A DNA stretch of 64,000 nucleotides. Source: Cladosporium halotolerans (Eukaryota). The stretch is taken from the NCBI RefSeq assembly GCF_011745625.1, contig NW_027191460.1, forward strand, positions 682,001 to 746,000. The letters are read 5' to 3'. Each line of letters begins with the position of its first letter. The stretch's first letter is position 1. The position numbers were made by a program, and so were the translations under genes. This document shows positions 22,734 to 31,545 of the stretch, piece by piece. Under the pieces are notes generated by a model that saw only the letters and a program-made list of their open reading frames with translations, was not told the DNA's origin and did no database searches.

Positions 22734-25700
22734 ATGAGCGCGCCATACGTGTGCAAAGGATGTCGCTTACGACTCGCGATCCGACCGCGGCAATTGATCG
22801 CACCTGACCGTCGCCTTCCACGACGTAGTTTCTCCAGGACATCTCGCGAAGACCAGGACACAGAATTGCTCGAGGAGTCCATACCTCGTCGCAGCTTTTC
22901 TGCAGCTGGGACACCTTGGAAAGATTCGCCCGAACAAGCAGAGCATGTCCCAATAGGGAGATACTCGCGACAACCATTGAGGCCGCAACATTTGCTCAAA
23001 GAGTTCGATCAGGTCGAGCCTTATGAGGATGTATCTTCACAGACGAGGAGTGGTGGCCGTAAATCCACTGCAACAGGCAAGCAACCTGGACATCAGATGA
23101 CACCCCAACGATTGCGGCAATACAATGAGCGTAGGAAGCCCTCGGAAAAGTCCTCGACACCAGTAGGAGAAGGTGACAGTGAATACATTCCTAGGGGGAG
23201 ATACTCTGGACAGCCGTTAAGGCCGCATCAATTATTGCAAGAATTCGATCGGGGAGAGCCCTCCGTCATCAGGAAACATGTCAGTGCTCCGTCTGGAGAT
23301 CCACAAAATGACCACGAGGGAATCAATCCTCGCCGCCAGACCAGAGAGACTTCACAGCGTCATCAGCTGCGCGAAAAGCAACACCGCAACGCTAGAACGT
23401 TCATGCGCCAAGTCAACACAGTTGAATTTGACAATGCGTGGAACACAATCATCGAGATGAGGAAGATACCGGTCCAGTATTTGAGGGATTTTCCTCGGTA
23501 TCGCGACTTGACTCAAAAGCTTTATCGATTCATGTGTGGGACTGTTGTCTACTTCGTGAATAATCCGGCACGTGCTCCTGAGACCTTCACACCTCTCTCT
23601 TTCATTCAAGTCGTCAATAAGCTTGATCTGCTGTCGCCTACGATGTTATCGGGTCTGCTTTGGCGACTGAGCAACGGGATCGCGGAGAGAGCTCATGCTG
23701 GTGGCTACGAGAGTGCGGGTGAAGAGTTGGCAGCTCTGCATCAACTCGTGGCAGCATGGTACGAGGCTATGGTAATACATCTGCAACGAACCGAGGTACC
23801 GTCTTCGAGCGAGTCTTCGGACAGAGACCTGATCGAATGGTCACTTTTTCCCTCACCGGAAACGATTACCCTCGACAACAACAAAAACCTTTCTCAAACG
23901 CCACTAAATGAAGTCCTGGGGCTCATTCTACCTACGGATGTGGTCACACGAGGCTCTGGATCTGATGGGAGCTATCAAAGTGCTCTGTTCGTGTCCGTCG
24001 ACTTAATGTCAAACTCTGTCTGTGCCCAGGAGGACGACATTTGCAATGCTTTCCTCACGTATTTCAGCACAGTACTCAAGCGGATCGCCAAGCCCGCCAT
24101 CCCTCAACAGATTCGATCAAGACTGGAGTTAAGCCCTGACCCTTCACTGGCATATTACGAGCAATTGGTTCGCCGGCTCGAATTTGCTGATATTCCTGCC
24201 GTCAGGGAAAATAGAGGGAAACCAGAACCCGTTGCACGAGAATCTGCTAAGCCCACCGACATTCCTAAGTCTGTGTCTCAAGGGGACCGTTCTATAAATT
24301 CTCAGGACGATAGTCAAGCCGCCAGCTTCATGGAGCCGGCGCCGGCCAGTGAGAACACTAAGCCAGTCAATGTCTTGGACAAAGCGGCTTTGATCAATGC
24401 TGGCTTCAGTGTTTCAGAAGTCGGCGACATGGATGCAGACGTGCATCGTGAGGTCTCCGGTTGGATCAAGCGGCTGGGGCGTTGTATCGAGAGCAGCAAT
24501 CTCCACTTGGCGGAGAAGTGCTGGGCGGAAGCCTCCTCGTTCATCGCTGGGCAAGAGTCAGGCCCATCCTCGTTGCCGCTTTTTCTATACGAACATTTCA
24601 TGCTAGCGTTCGTGACTCTGCGTCAGCCTAGGCAAGCTGTCCATGTTTGGAACGTCACCATCGAGGCTGGACTCAACCCGACCGTCAAGACCTGGACAGT
24701 CATGATGCGTGGCTGTTCCCGTGCAGACGACGCTGACACAATGGAGAGGTTCTGGACACGCATGCGGTCTGAGGGTGTACAGCCTGACCAACATGCCTGG
24801 AGTGTGCGCGTGTTCTGTCTTTTCAATGCAAAACGAATCAGCGATGCGTTTTCTGCGCTACATGAAATGGGTCAGGAATGGATTGCAAAGGTCCAAGCGA
24901 AACAGAAGACTTTACTGAATAAACTGACTGCAAAGCAGCGGGCAGTCGTAAAGATGCAAGAAATCGATCTCAAACAATGGGACAGCGACGTTGACGGCGT
25001 GCCGCGTCCAAGTTTAGTGGTTGTCAACTCAGCTGTGTCCTCCTTGGCGAACAAGTCTGACGAACACATACCTAAGGTGCTATCTTGGGCGCGCGACTTT
25101 GCCATCGAGTTCGACCTTACAACCTACAATACACTTCTCAACGTGGCTATGCGTCACGGGAGATTTGAAGAGGCTTCTGTCATCCTGCAGCATATGCGAG
25201 ACAAGTCAATCGAGCCTAACAGCACAACCACGACCGTCCTGTTGACCGCCCTTTTTCAGTCCGATTACTTCTCCGAGCTTTCCATGGCTGAGCAGACAAC
25301 CAAGCTTCTCAATATCATGGCAATGACTGAAGCTTCAACATCATCCGCCGGGCTGGACGCAAAGGGATACGCCCTCATCATCGACCGCATGTTGAAGAAG
25401 TACGCGAACCATGAAGCCGCCCGCGCCGTGCTCGAGCACATGTCTAAGACCGGACTGGAACCCACGTCCCACATCTATACCATCCTCATGACCTCCTATT
25501 TCGACGCCGATCCACCCGATCTTGCAGCTGTGGACGCTCTCTGGTCTAGGATCGAAAGCGGCCACAACGGCTTCCGTGTCCCACTCGACACCATCTTCTA
25601 CGAACGCATGGTCGAGGGTTACGCGCGCCACCACTCGCAAGTCGGACTCGGCCCAGTCTTTCGGTTCCTTGAGGTCATGTCGCGCCAGGGCAAACGTCCA

Positions 25701-25952
25701 TCTTGGCAGATGCTGGAGACTGTGGCGAGGGCGTTTGCTGAATGCGGCGAATGGGCCCGTTTGCGTGGTCTGGTAGATGATGTGAGGGAATCAAAGGGAT
25801 TGTTGAGAGTTGGCGTGAGAGGCTTGAGTGGCCAGAATGAGTTTTGGAGGTACATCATCGGCACTGGTGTTTTGGATGATGAGCATATCTTGCATGAGCA
25901 GCAGCTCTACAAGGGTTCTGGTGGGAGCTCGTTCCAAGGCTTATTAGAGTGA
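22734..25952 (+). CDS. Mitochondrial pentatricopeptide-repeat (PPR) protein
   Basis: Arg-rich presequence-like N-terminus (MSAPYVCKGCRLRL). PPR-like repeats include PTVKTWTVMMRGC, PDQHAWS, DLTTYNTLLN and PTSHIYTILMTSY. Confidence 0.88.
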   Translation: MSAPYVCKGCRLRLAIRPRQLIAPDRRLPRRSFSRTSREDQDTELLEESIPRRSFSAAGTPWKDSPEQAEHVPIGRYSRQPLRPQHLLKEFDQVEPYEDVSSQTRSGGRKSTATGKQPGHQMTPQRLRQYNERRKPSEKSSTPVGEGDSEYIPRGRYSGQPLRPHQLLQEFDRGEPSVIRKHVSAPSGDPQNDHEGINPRRQTRETSQRHQLREKQHRNARTFMRQVNTVEFDNAWNTIIEMRKIPVQYLRDFPRYRDLTQKLYRFMCGTVVYFVNNPARAPETFTPLSFIQVVNKLDLLSPTMLSGLLWRLSNGIAERAHAGGYESAGEELAALHQLVAAWYEAMVIHLQRTEVPSSSESSDRDLIEWSLFPSPETITLDNNKNLSQTPLNEVLGLILPTDVVTRGSGSDGSYQSALFVSVDLMSNSVCAQEDDICNAFLTYFSTVLKRIAKPAIPQQIRSRLELSPDPSLAYYEQLVRRLEFADIPAVRENRGKPEPVARESAKPTDIPKSVSQGDRSINSQDDSQAASFMEPAPASENTKPVNVLDKAALINAGFSVSEVGDMDADVHREVSGWIKRLGRCIESSNLHLAEKCWAEASSFIAGQESGPSSLPLFLYEHFMLAFVTLRQPRQAVHVWNVTIEAGLNPTVKTWTVMMRGCSRADDADTMERFWTRMRSEGVQPDQHAWSVRVFCLFNAKRISDAFSALHEMGQEWIAKVQAKQKTLLNKLTAKQRAVVKMQEIDLKQWDSDVDGVPRPSLVVVNSAVSSLANKSDEHIPKVLSWARDFAIEFDLTTYNTLLNVAMRHGRFEEASVILQHMRDKSIEPNSTTTTVLLTALFQSDYFSELSMAEQTTKLLNIMAMTEASTSSAGLDAKGYALIIDRMLKKYANHEAARAVLEHMSKTGLEPTSHIYTILMTSYFDADPPDLAAVDALWSRIESGHNGFRVPLDTIFYERMVEGYARHHSQVGLGPVFRFLEVMSRQGKRPSWQMLETVARAFAECGEWARLRGLVDDVRESKGLLRVGVRGLSGQNEFWRYIIGTGVLDDEHILHEQQLYKGSGGSSFQGLLE

Positions 25953-26208
25953 GCTGTGTCCTTGTTCGACCTCTCCTGGCTCATCTCTCGCGCTGTATTA
26001 GCATGTACACTAGAATCAACTGTACCAAAATTACGTCTGACTCTGTCCCGTCCCACCTGTGTCAATATAGAATCTTGACAATGTCTCGCTCCGTATGAAA
26101 GCGGGTGGCCGACACTCTCTTGGCTTGCCTTTACTGTTAACTCCGTGTACGCAATGAGACGAGTTCAAAAGGATAGGGAATGCCCATAATTGCAAAAAGA
26201 ACCGATCT

Positions 26209-26289
26209 CGACGTTGGCAGGACTCGAACCTACGCCCCCGAAGGGAATTGATTTCTAGTCAATCGCATTAACCACTTTGCTACAACGCC
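26209..26289 (-). tRNA. tRNA-Ser(AGA)
   Basis: Minus strand GGCGTTG...ATTGA-CTAGAAA-TCAAT, long variable arm CCCTTCGGGG, T-loop GGTTCGAGTCC and 3' CAACGTCG. Confidence 0.96.
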
Positions 26290-26926
26290 TTGATGAAGCG
26301 GTTACCAGAAAATTCATATATATACCTCAATCAAATTATGCGAAACACAAACGCCTGGCTAATTCCAGCTTCGTAACGACAACGCGCCTTATATGTCTTA
26401 ATCAGCTGAATGCTGACCTCAGGACGACATAAAGTGTGAAATGTCGAATTGACTCCAATCGTCAGTTGAAGACTTTTGATGCATTGTTTTATTCTTGAGC
26501 TCTGTGGCAAAATCTCTCGTTGGACACCGTGTGCAGCGTTGTTTGTTGCCTCGCTTAACGGTCAACTTTCGTTAGGTTGTCATAACGCACCACCAAGTGT
26601 GACTTTAGGCCCCTGAGAGATAATTGGGATTATTGCGAAAGAGTCTATGATTTTCATTAACTTCCTTTGAGACATACCAAAAGCCAACTCAGACGAGATA
26701 TTGCCAGCAGCCTCACCATAAGGCGGCCACCGTAGGGTTAGGGTTGGGGTAAGCCTTGAATTCTTGGAGCGTAACATCGCAAAACGCTACCCAGGTACCC
26801 ACGTTGGAAGCAGTTTTACGCTCCACAAATGGAAATATGTCAACAATATGGGAGGAAATACACCAGTTGCTCGCAGCCTGGCAAGATTCATTACTAACAC
26901 ATTCCCCGCGGGCAACTCTAATCCCT

Positions 26927-29173
26927 TTAACCCATGTTTCCTCTTTTTCCTCCCCTCTTCATCCTCGAGATGTGACCTCGCTGGATTTTTTGCTCGTCTG
27001 CCAAACTCCTCTTACCCTTCCTCTTGGCCTTGCCGATCGTCATCAAGAAGTTCTTCTTGCGAGCCTTCTCTTTGTTCGTCGTGCTCTTGCCTTCCGCCCG
27101 CTTTTGCTCCTTTCTCTTCGCCGTCGAGCTGCGGTGATCGTTCCTCTCTTCGGGATCGCCCTTGGCTTTGCGGAGCTTCTCTTCTTTAGTCATCTTGTGC
27201 GATAGGCTGGCGAGACCCTCGATTTGGTCTGCGGTAAGAGCATCGTCGTTATGGCGTTCGGCGGCAGCTTGCTGTTGCTGCTGGATGCGGCGACGCTTGT
27301 TGGCGGGGAGGGCGGCTGTGATTGCGGCTGTTTGGCGCAGTTCGTTGAGTTTGGCAAGATCAGCGGGTGTAAGGATGCGAGTGGTGGCGAGCTTCGAGAT
27401 GCGATTCTCTTCCTCCTTGAGTGCTGCCTCGGCCTCTTCCGGTTTGCTCGACTCGTCCTTGTCAGCACCATCTCCAGCTGCTTTAGCCTTTGCCTTTGCC
27501 TTCTTTTCACGCTCGTCCTCGGAGTCTGAGATGTCAATGTCCTCTCCGTCGCTCTCCACGTTGATCCAACCCTCGCCATCGTCACTGTCGTCGGATTCCG
27601 CGTCCCAATTGTCCCAGCCGGCGTCTTCATCTTCGTTTTCACTGTTGATGCCTTGCTCCTCCTTCCATTTCTCCAGAAGGTCAAGGCCCTCAATACCCCC
27701 GGCCGCAACTTCACCGAATCGTGCTGAGCTCTTGTCTCCAGTCCGCAGACCCATGGCGGCCTCCTTGCCACGGTCCTTTCTCTTCAACATTTCAGCTCCA
27801 ACTTCTCGGTAGAGTGAGAGAAGACCACGCGCAGCCATCTGTACGCCTTTGTCCTTCGACTTCCTATACTGAACCAAATCTTGTAAAAGAGTCTCCGTCA
27901 TCGCGAGAGGTTGTCGCACGCAGACTTCTCTGATACCGTTCAAACCGGCACTTGCAACCTCACCTGCAGAGGCTTCCGAAACGAATTCGTTCGCAATCTT
28001 GACGATGAGGGGCTCCAGAACGTCTGGGGGTACCAGACTGTGTGATGCCTGCGCTAATGAGGCCAGGAATGATGTGACCTTGGGCTGCTTTGGTACCAAG
28101 AATTTCAGGAAGTAGGAGTACAAGGAAATGAGAGTGAGCTTGTGCAGACCAACCAGGCGTGACACGAGCTGAAGCACCAAAAGCTTCTGATCTAGGTTCA
28201 GTCGCACCTTAGGCTGCGCCGGTTGCAAGTGCCGTTGGAAAAGCTCCTCAGCGAAACCTTGCGGATCATGCAGCAAGTGCAGTGCGCTGAAATTGAGTTG
28301 TTGTGGCGCGTTCTTCTTCCTCTCCTGTCTCTTGACCTTCTTGGCGGCATCTTTCAGCTCGTTGGCACGCTTTCCGGATTTCTTATTGATTCCAGCAACG
28401 TGCTTAAGCTTCCTGATGTCGACGTGTCCCTCGTCATCTTGATCTTCCTCCGCAGCTGCCTCTTCGCGCTCTTGATCACCGCCCAAGAAGAATCGCACAC
28501 CACCGGTAACGACCTTCGCATCCTGGCTCAGGGCCGCCTCTTTCATCACGGCCACTGCCTTGGCCTCTGTCCATACCTGCCTCTTCCACAGCTCCCTTGT
28601 GATCTTTACCGGCCAAAGACACTTCGGCGATGCGGGATCTGAAGCGATGAGATCGAAAAACTTCGATTGCATGTGGCGGTTGAGTTTGTGGTTGGTCGCT
28701 TTCGCATTCGATGTTCGCAGGTCGGAAATGATCTTTGTGAAAAGCAGTTCACGAAGCGACTTGGAAGGCGTGTTCAGTAGCAGCGGCCAAAGGGTGTCAA
28801 GAAGCGCCGCAGAGTCGATGATGTCCTTCCTCCGAAGCAGAACCAGCGATCCCACCAGTTTATCCCTCAGTTCTGCGTCCAGGCTCGCGTGGTGAAGTTC
28901 AAGTAGGCTGCTGACATCCTTGGGAAATGAGGAAGTCAATGTAGGATAGCAGTCGGCAACATGGCTGACGAAGTCAATCAGATCCTTCAGTCTGACCACG
29001 CCGCTATCGTCTGTTGTAGTCGGCGACTGCAGGAAAAGCTCGCGCAAACTCGCATACTGGTCAAACTGCGCCTGGAAGTCCTGTTGGTAGGACAGTGGGT
29101 CGTTGCGAATTTTATGCTGAAGGTTGGGTAAGTCGGCATCGACCTTCTCCAACGCAGCAACCTTCCGTTTCAT
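26927..29173 (-). CDS. SDA1: Ribosome biogenesis protein Sda1
   Basis: Starts MKRKVAALEKVDADLPNLQHKIRNDP; contains FSALHLLHDPQGFAE, LATTRILTPAD and STTNKEKARKKNFLM. Confidence 0.95.
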   Translation of the reverse strand: MKRKVAALEKVDADLPNLQHKIRNDPLSYQQDFQAQFDQYASLRELFLQSPTTTDDSGVVRLKDLIDFVSHVADCYPTLTSSFPKDVSSLLELHHASLDAELRDKLVGSLVLLRRKDIIDSAALLDTLWPLLLNTPSKSLRELLFTKIISDLRTSNAKATNHKLNRHMQSKFFDLIASDPASPKCLWPVKITRELWKRQVWTEAKAVAVMKEAALSQDAKVVTGGVRFFLGGDQEREEAAAEEDQDDEGHVDIRKLKHVAGINKKSGKRANELKDAAKKVKRQERKKNAPQQLNFSALHLLHDPQGFAEELFQRHLQPAQPKVRLNLDQKLLVLQLVSRLVGLHKLTLISLYSYFLKFLVPKQPKVTSFLASLAQASHSLVPPDVLEPLIVKIANEFVSEASAGEVASAGLNGIREVCVRQPLAMTETLLQDLVQYRKSKDKGVQMAARGLLSLYREVGAEMLKRKDRGKEAAMGLRTGDKSSARFGEVAAGGIEGLDLLEKWKEEQGINSENEDEDAGWDNWDAESDDSDDGEGWINVESDGEDIDISDSEDEREKKAKAKAKAAGDGADKDESSKPEEAEAALKEEENRISKLATTRILTPADLAKLNELRQTAAITAALPANKRRRIQQQQQAAAERHNDDALTADQIEGLASLSHKMTKEEKLRKAKGDPEERNDHRSSTAKRKEQKRAEGKSTTNKEKARKKNFLMTIGKAKRKGKRSLADEQKIQRGHISRMKRGGKRGNMG

Positions 29174-29367
29174 GGTTGCGACAAATCGGGAGGGTAGGGT
29201 AGTGAATGTCTTCGGGGAGGGCAGATCGCCTTTTCAGAACGCTGAAAATGGCAAGGACGCGGCTCGACTTTTTGGCCGGCCCTGAAGCCGCGGATCTAGC
29301 CGCACAAAGCACGGTCCACTAGCCTACTTTGACCGAGGCCATTCAATAGCCGACCCTGAAATAAGTG

Positions 29368-29378
29368 TAGGGTTAGGG
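29368..29378. promoter_or_regulatory. Telo-box (TAGGGTTAGGG) ~200 bp upstream of SDA1
   Basis: Tandem telomere-type hexamers; similar copies at 26733-26749 and 30916-30932. Regulatory role is inferred. Confidence 0.45.
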
Positions 29379-29602
29379 TAAAGGCCGTGGTCCTATAATA
29401 CATTGATAGAGGATATTATTCTCGGTAATGTACACAAGGCGACACATGCGCATAGTCCATCTCACGCGTTTCCTGAATCCACGCGCCAACATGAAGGGCC
29501 ACATGGATGACAAACTGACGATTTCTTCCTGAAATAATGAAGACAGAATAGTTTGAATATCTGAGACTGGTTCTCTTCAGCAAGGTCCGCAGCCAAAGAA
29601 TC

Positions 29603-30745
29603 TCAAGATGGCTTAGGTTTACTAGACATGGGGATAGGCGGCGGTGCAGGGCCATCTCCGCTATCGTTCGTCTGTAAGGTGCTCTTCTTCGGCGGTGGAG
29701 GTGGAGCTGGCTTCTTCTTGGCAGCAGCAGCAGCTCCAGGAGCTGCAGCGGGCGGTATCACACCAGTTTGCTGCCCGGCATATTGCGAAGAAGGCGTAGG
29801 CTGGGGCTGCTGCCTCTGCTGCCAGGAGGGTGTGGGTGCGCTTGGAGGTTGCGCGCCGTGCGGAGATCCGGTACCCAGTCGTGAGAAGCGCTGCTGAAGT
29901 TCATTCAGTTGGTTGGGGTGTCCTTGTGCTGAGGGTGTTTCAGAGGGCGCAGCGTTATTGCCGATTCCAAATCCAGGCACAGAGACACCAGCCTGACCCA
30001 GGCGATTGACCGCGCTCTGATTAAGAGAGGCGGGATTTGACGGAGCAGCAGGCTGCGTTGCCTCCCCGTATGACGGCGGTGGGGGTGGAGTGAATTCGTC
30101 TGGATACTCGTTTTGTCTAGGAGGTAGCATCGGTGGGGGTTTCGCAGCGGCAGCTCTCGGAGGTGGTGTCGCTGCCGCGGGAGCAGGTACTGGTGCGCGA
30201 CCAGGAAGAGCGGGGCTTGGCCTGCTTCTTGGAGGCGGCGCTGGACCAGGGCTTGATGAGCCCGTCCCAGCTCTCCGTACTGGTGGTGGGGGAAGATTGT
30301 CTGTCCGCAGTCCTGTGGTATCCGTGCGATACGGACCAGGCGGTGGCTTCTCTGCCTCCTCTTCCTCGACTTGCTCTTGCTGTGTTATACGCCTAGGCGC
30401 TGGAACTGAAAGCCCCAGTCCTCCTCCGCTCGAGGGTGAGCCAGTGTTCGTGCGACTTGGTGTGGAAGCGCCGGCTCCATAGTAGGCCGAGTGCTTGGGC
30501 GGCGGGCCAAAAGAGTCCGCTGCATATGTTTGTCAGTATACGTTACATAGCTAAGAAGGCTTCAATGACACACGATCTCTCAATGACGCGAGGGGCCGCG
30601 ATTCATGGTTTCGCGATTGCTCGTATGGATCTTTCTTCTGCCCTGTGGCCATTCCTTTTAGATCTGACTTCCACGTTTTGCGCGAGATGGACGGGTCACC
30701 CGGCGGGTGCCATCCCCCCTTTGCTAATCCTTTGAACTTGTCCAT
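29603..30745 (-). CDS. Proline-rich conserved fungal protein (possibly Aim3-like actin-associated)
   Basis: Exons 30745-30574 and 30519-29603 (intron 30573-30520): MDKFKGLAKGGWHP...PLASLRDPDSFGPPPK...PYRTDTTGLRTDNLPPPP...PPPIPMSSKP. Many PxxP motifs. Confidence 0.8.
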
Positions 30746-31180
30746 GCTCCTCTCCTGAGATCACCAGACACCAAGTGCTTCGGACAGTGAGCCGTGCGAT
30801 GAAGGGGGTTAGATTTGGCGGTACGACGGTGCTTAGACATCGGCATGATCGTTTCGCGGCATGCGATGCGCAGCCACAATCGCGCATGACGTCTGGTGGG
30901 GCAAGACGTGGTGGTGGTTAGGGTTAGGGTTAACGTTCCAATGTCTGTCTGCGGTGTCTGTTCGTCTACTTATTGTTCATGAGTATCAAACGCACTCGTT
31001 CCAGACTACGTCGACGATTAGCATCCCATGGAGAAAACGGGGTTCAAAGAAAGCGAGTTCTAACAACAGGGAAACATGTGTGTTATCTTCTACGCTACGT
31101 ACTACCCACTATCACAGCGCATTGGGACAGCATTGGAAATCTGCAGTCAATACGCGAATACCTCACAGATCTCGAAGATG

Positions 31181-31499
31181 AAAAAACAAAAACAAAAAAA
31201 CCGCCACAATATCTCCATAAATGGTTAGACCTGCTCAGAGAAGAGTCACATCTGCTTGTCCACCAAGCCGTAATAAAAGCGAGGCAGAGAAGTTCTGGGC
31301 TCGCTTGCAGCTGTTGCGAAATCCAGTCCGAAAAGCCGGTTGCCCCGCTCGACGGACTGTTTACGCCAGCGCACTCGGTTGGGCTTCACCGCGAACGTTA
31401 ATGGTTTTAGTACACCACGATTTTCTGGGGAACAGTAGGGAGATCCTTGCGAAAAGGTGGGCAAGGCCAAACTCTCGAGTCCTTTCGCAAGTCAGGCCT
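31181..31499 (-). ncRNA. Candidate structured non-coding RNA (~300 nt) ending in oligo-T
   Basis: Multiple nested stems, a GCAA tetraloop and G-U pairs favouring the minus strand, and a 3' T7-G-T5-G-T6 tract. Identity not established (see findings). Confidence 0.5.
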
Positions 31500-31545
31500 C
31501 CGATTAGAGCACCGACACGCCTTGGTCCCCACATCCTACGACCAC

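Noticed and set aside
30916..30932. TAACCCTAA as a telomerase RNA template
   Set aside because: It lies only ~170 bp upstream of a protein-coding start, with no room or visible pseudoknot for a long TER. A telo-box is the simpler explanation.
31181..31499. Identification of the structured element as SRP RNA, U1-U6, U3, 5S, snR30 or a TPP riboswitch
   Set aside because: The diagnostic motifs of these families were not found. AAACCAU (snR30 m2) is present but without m1 or H/ACA architecture.
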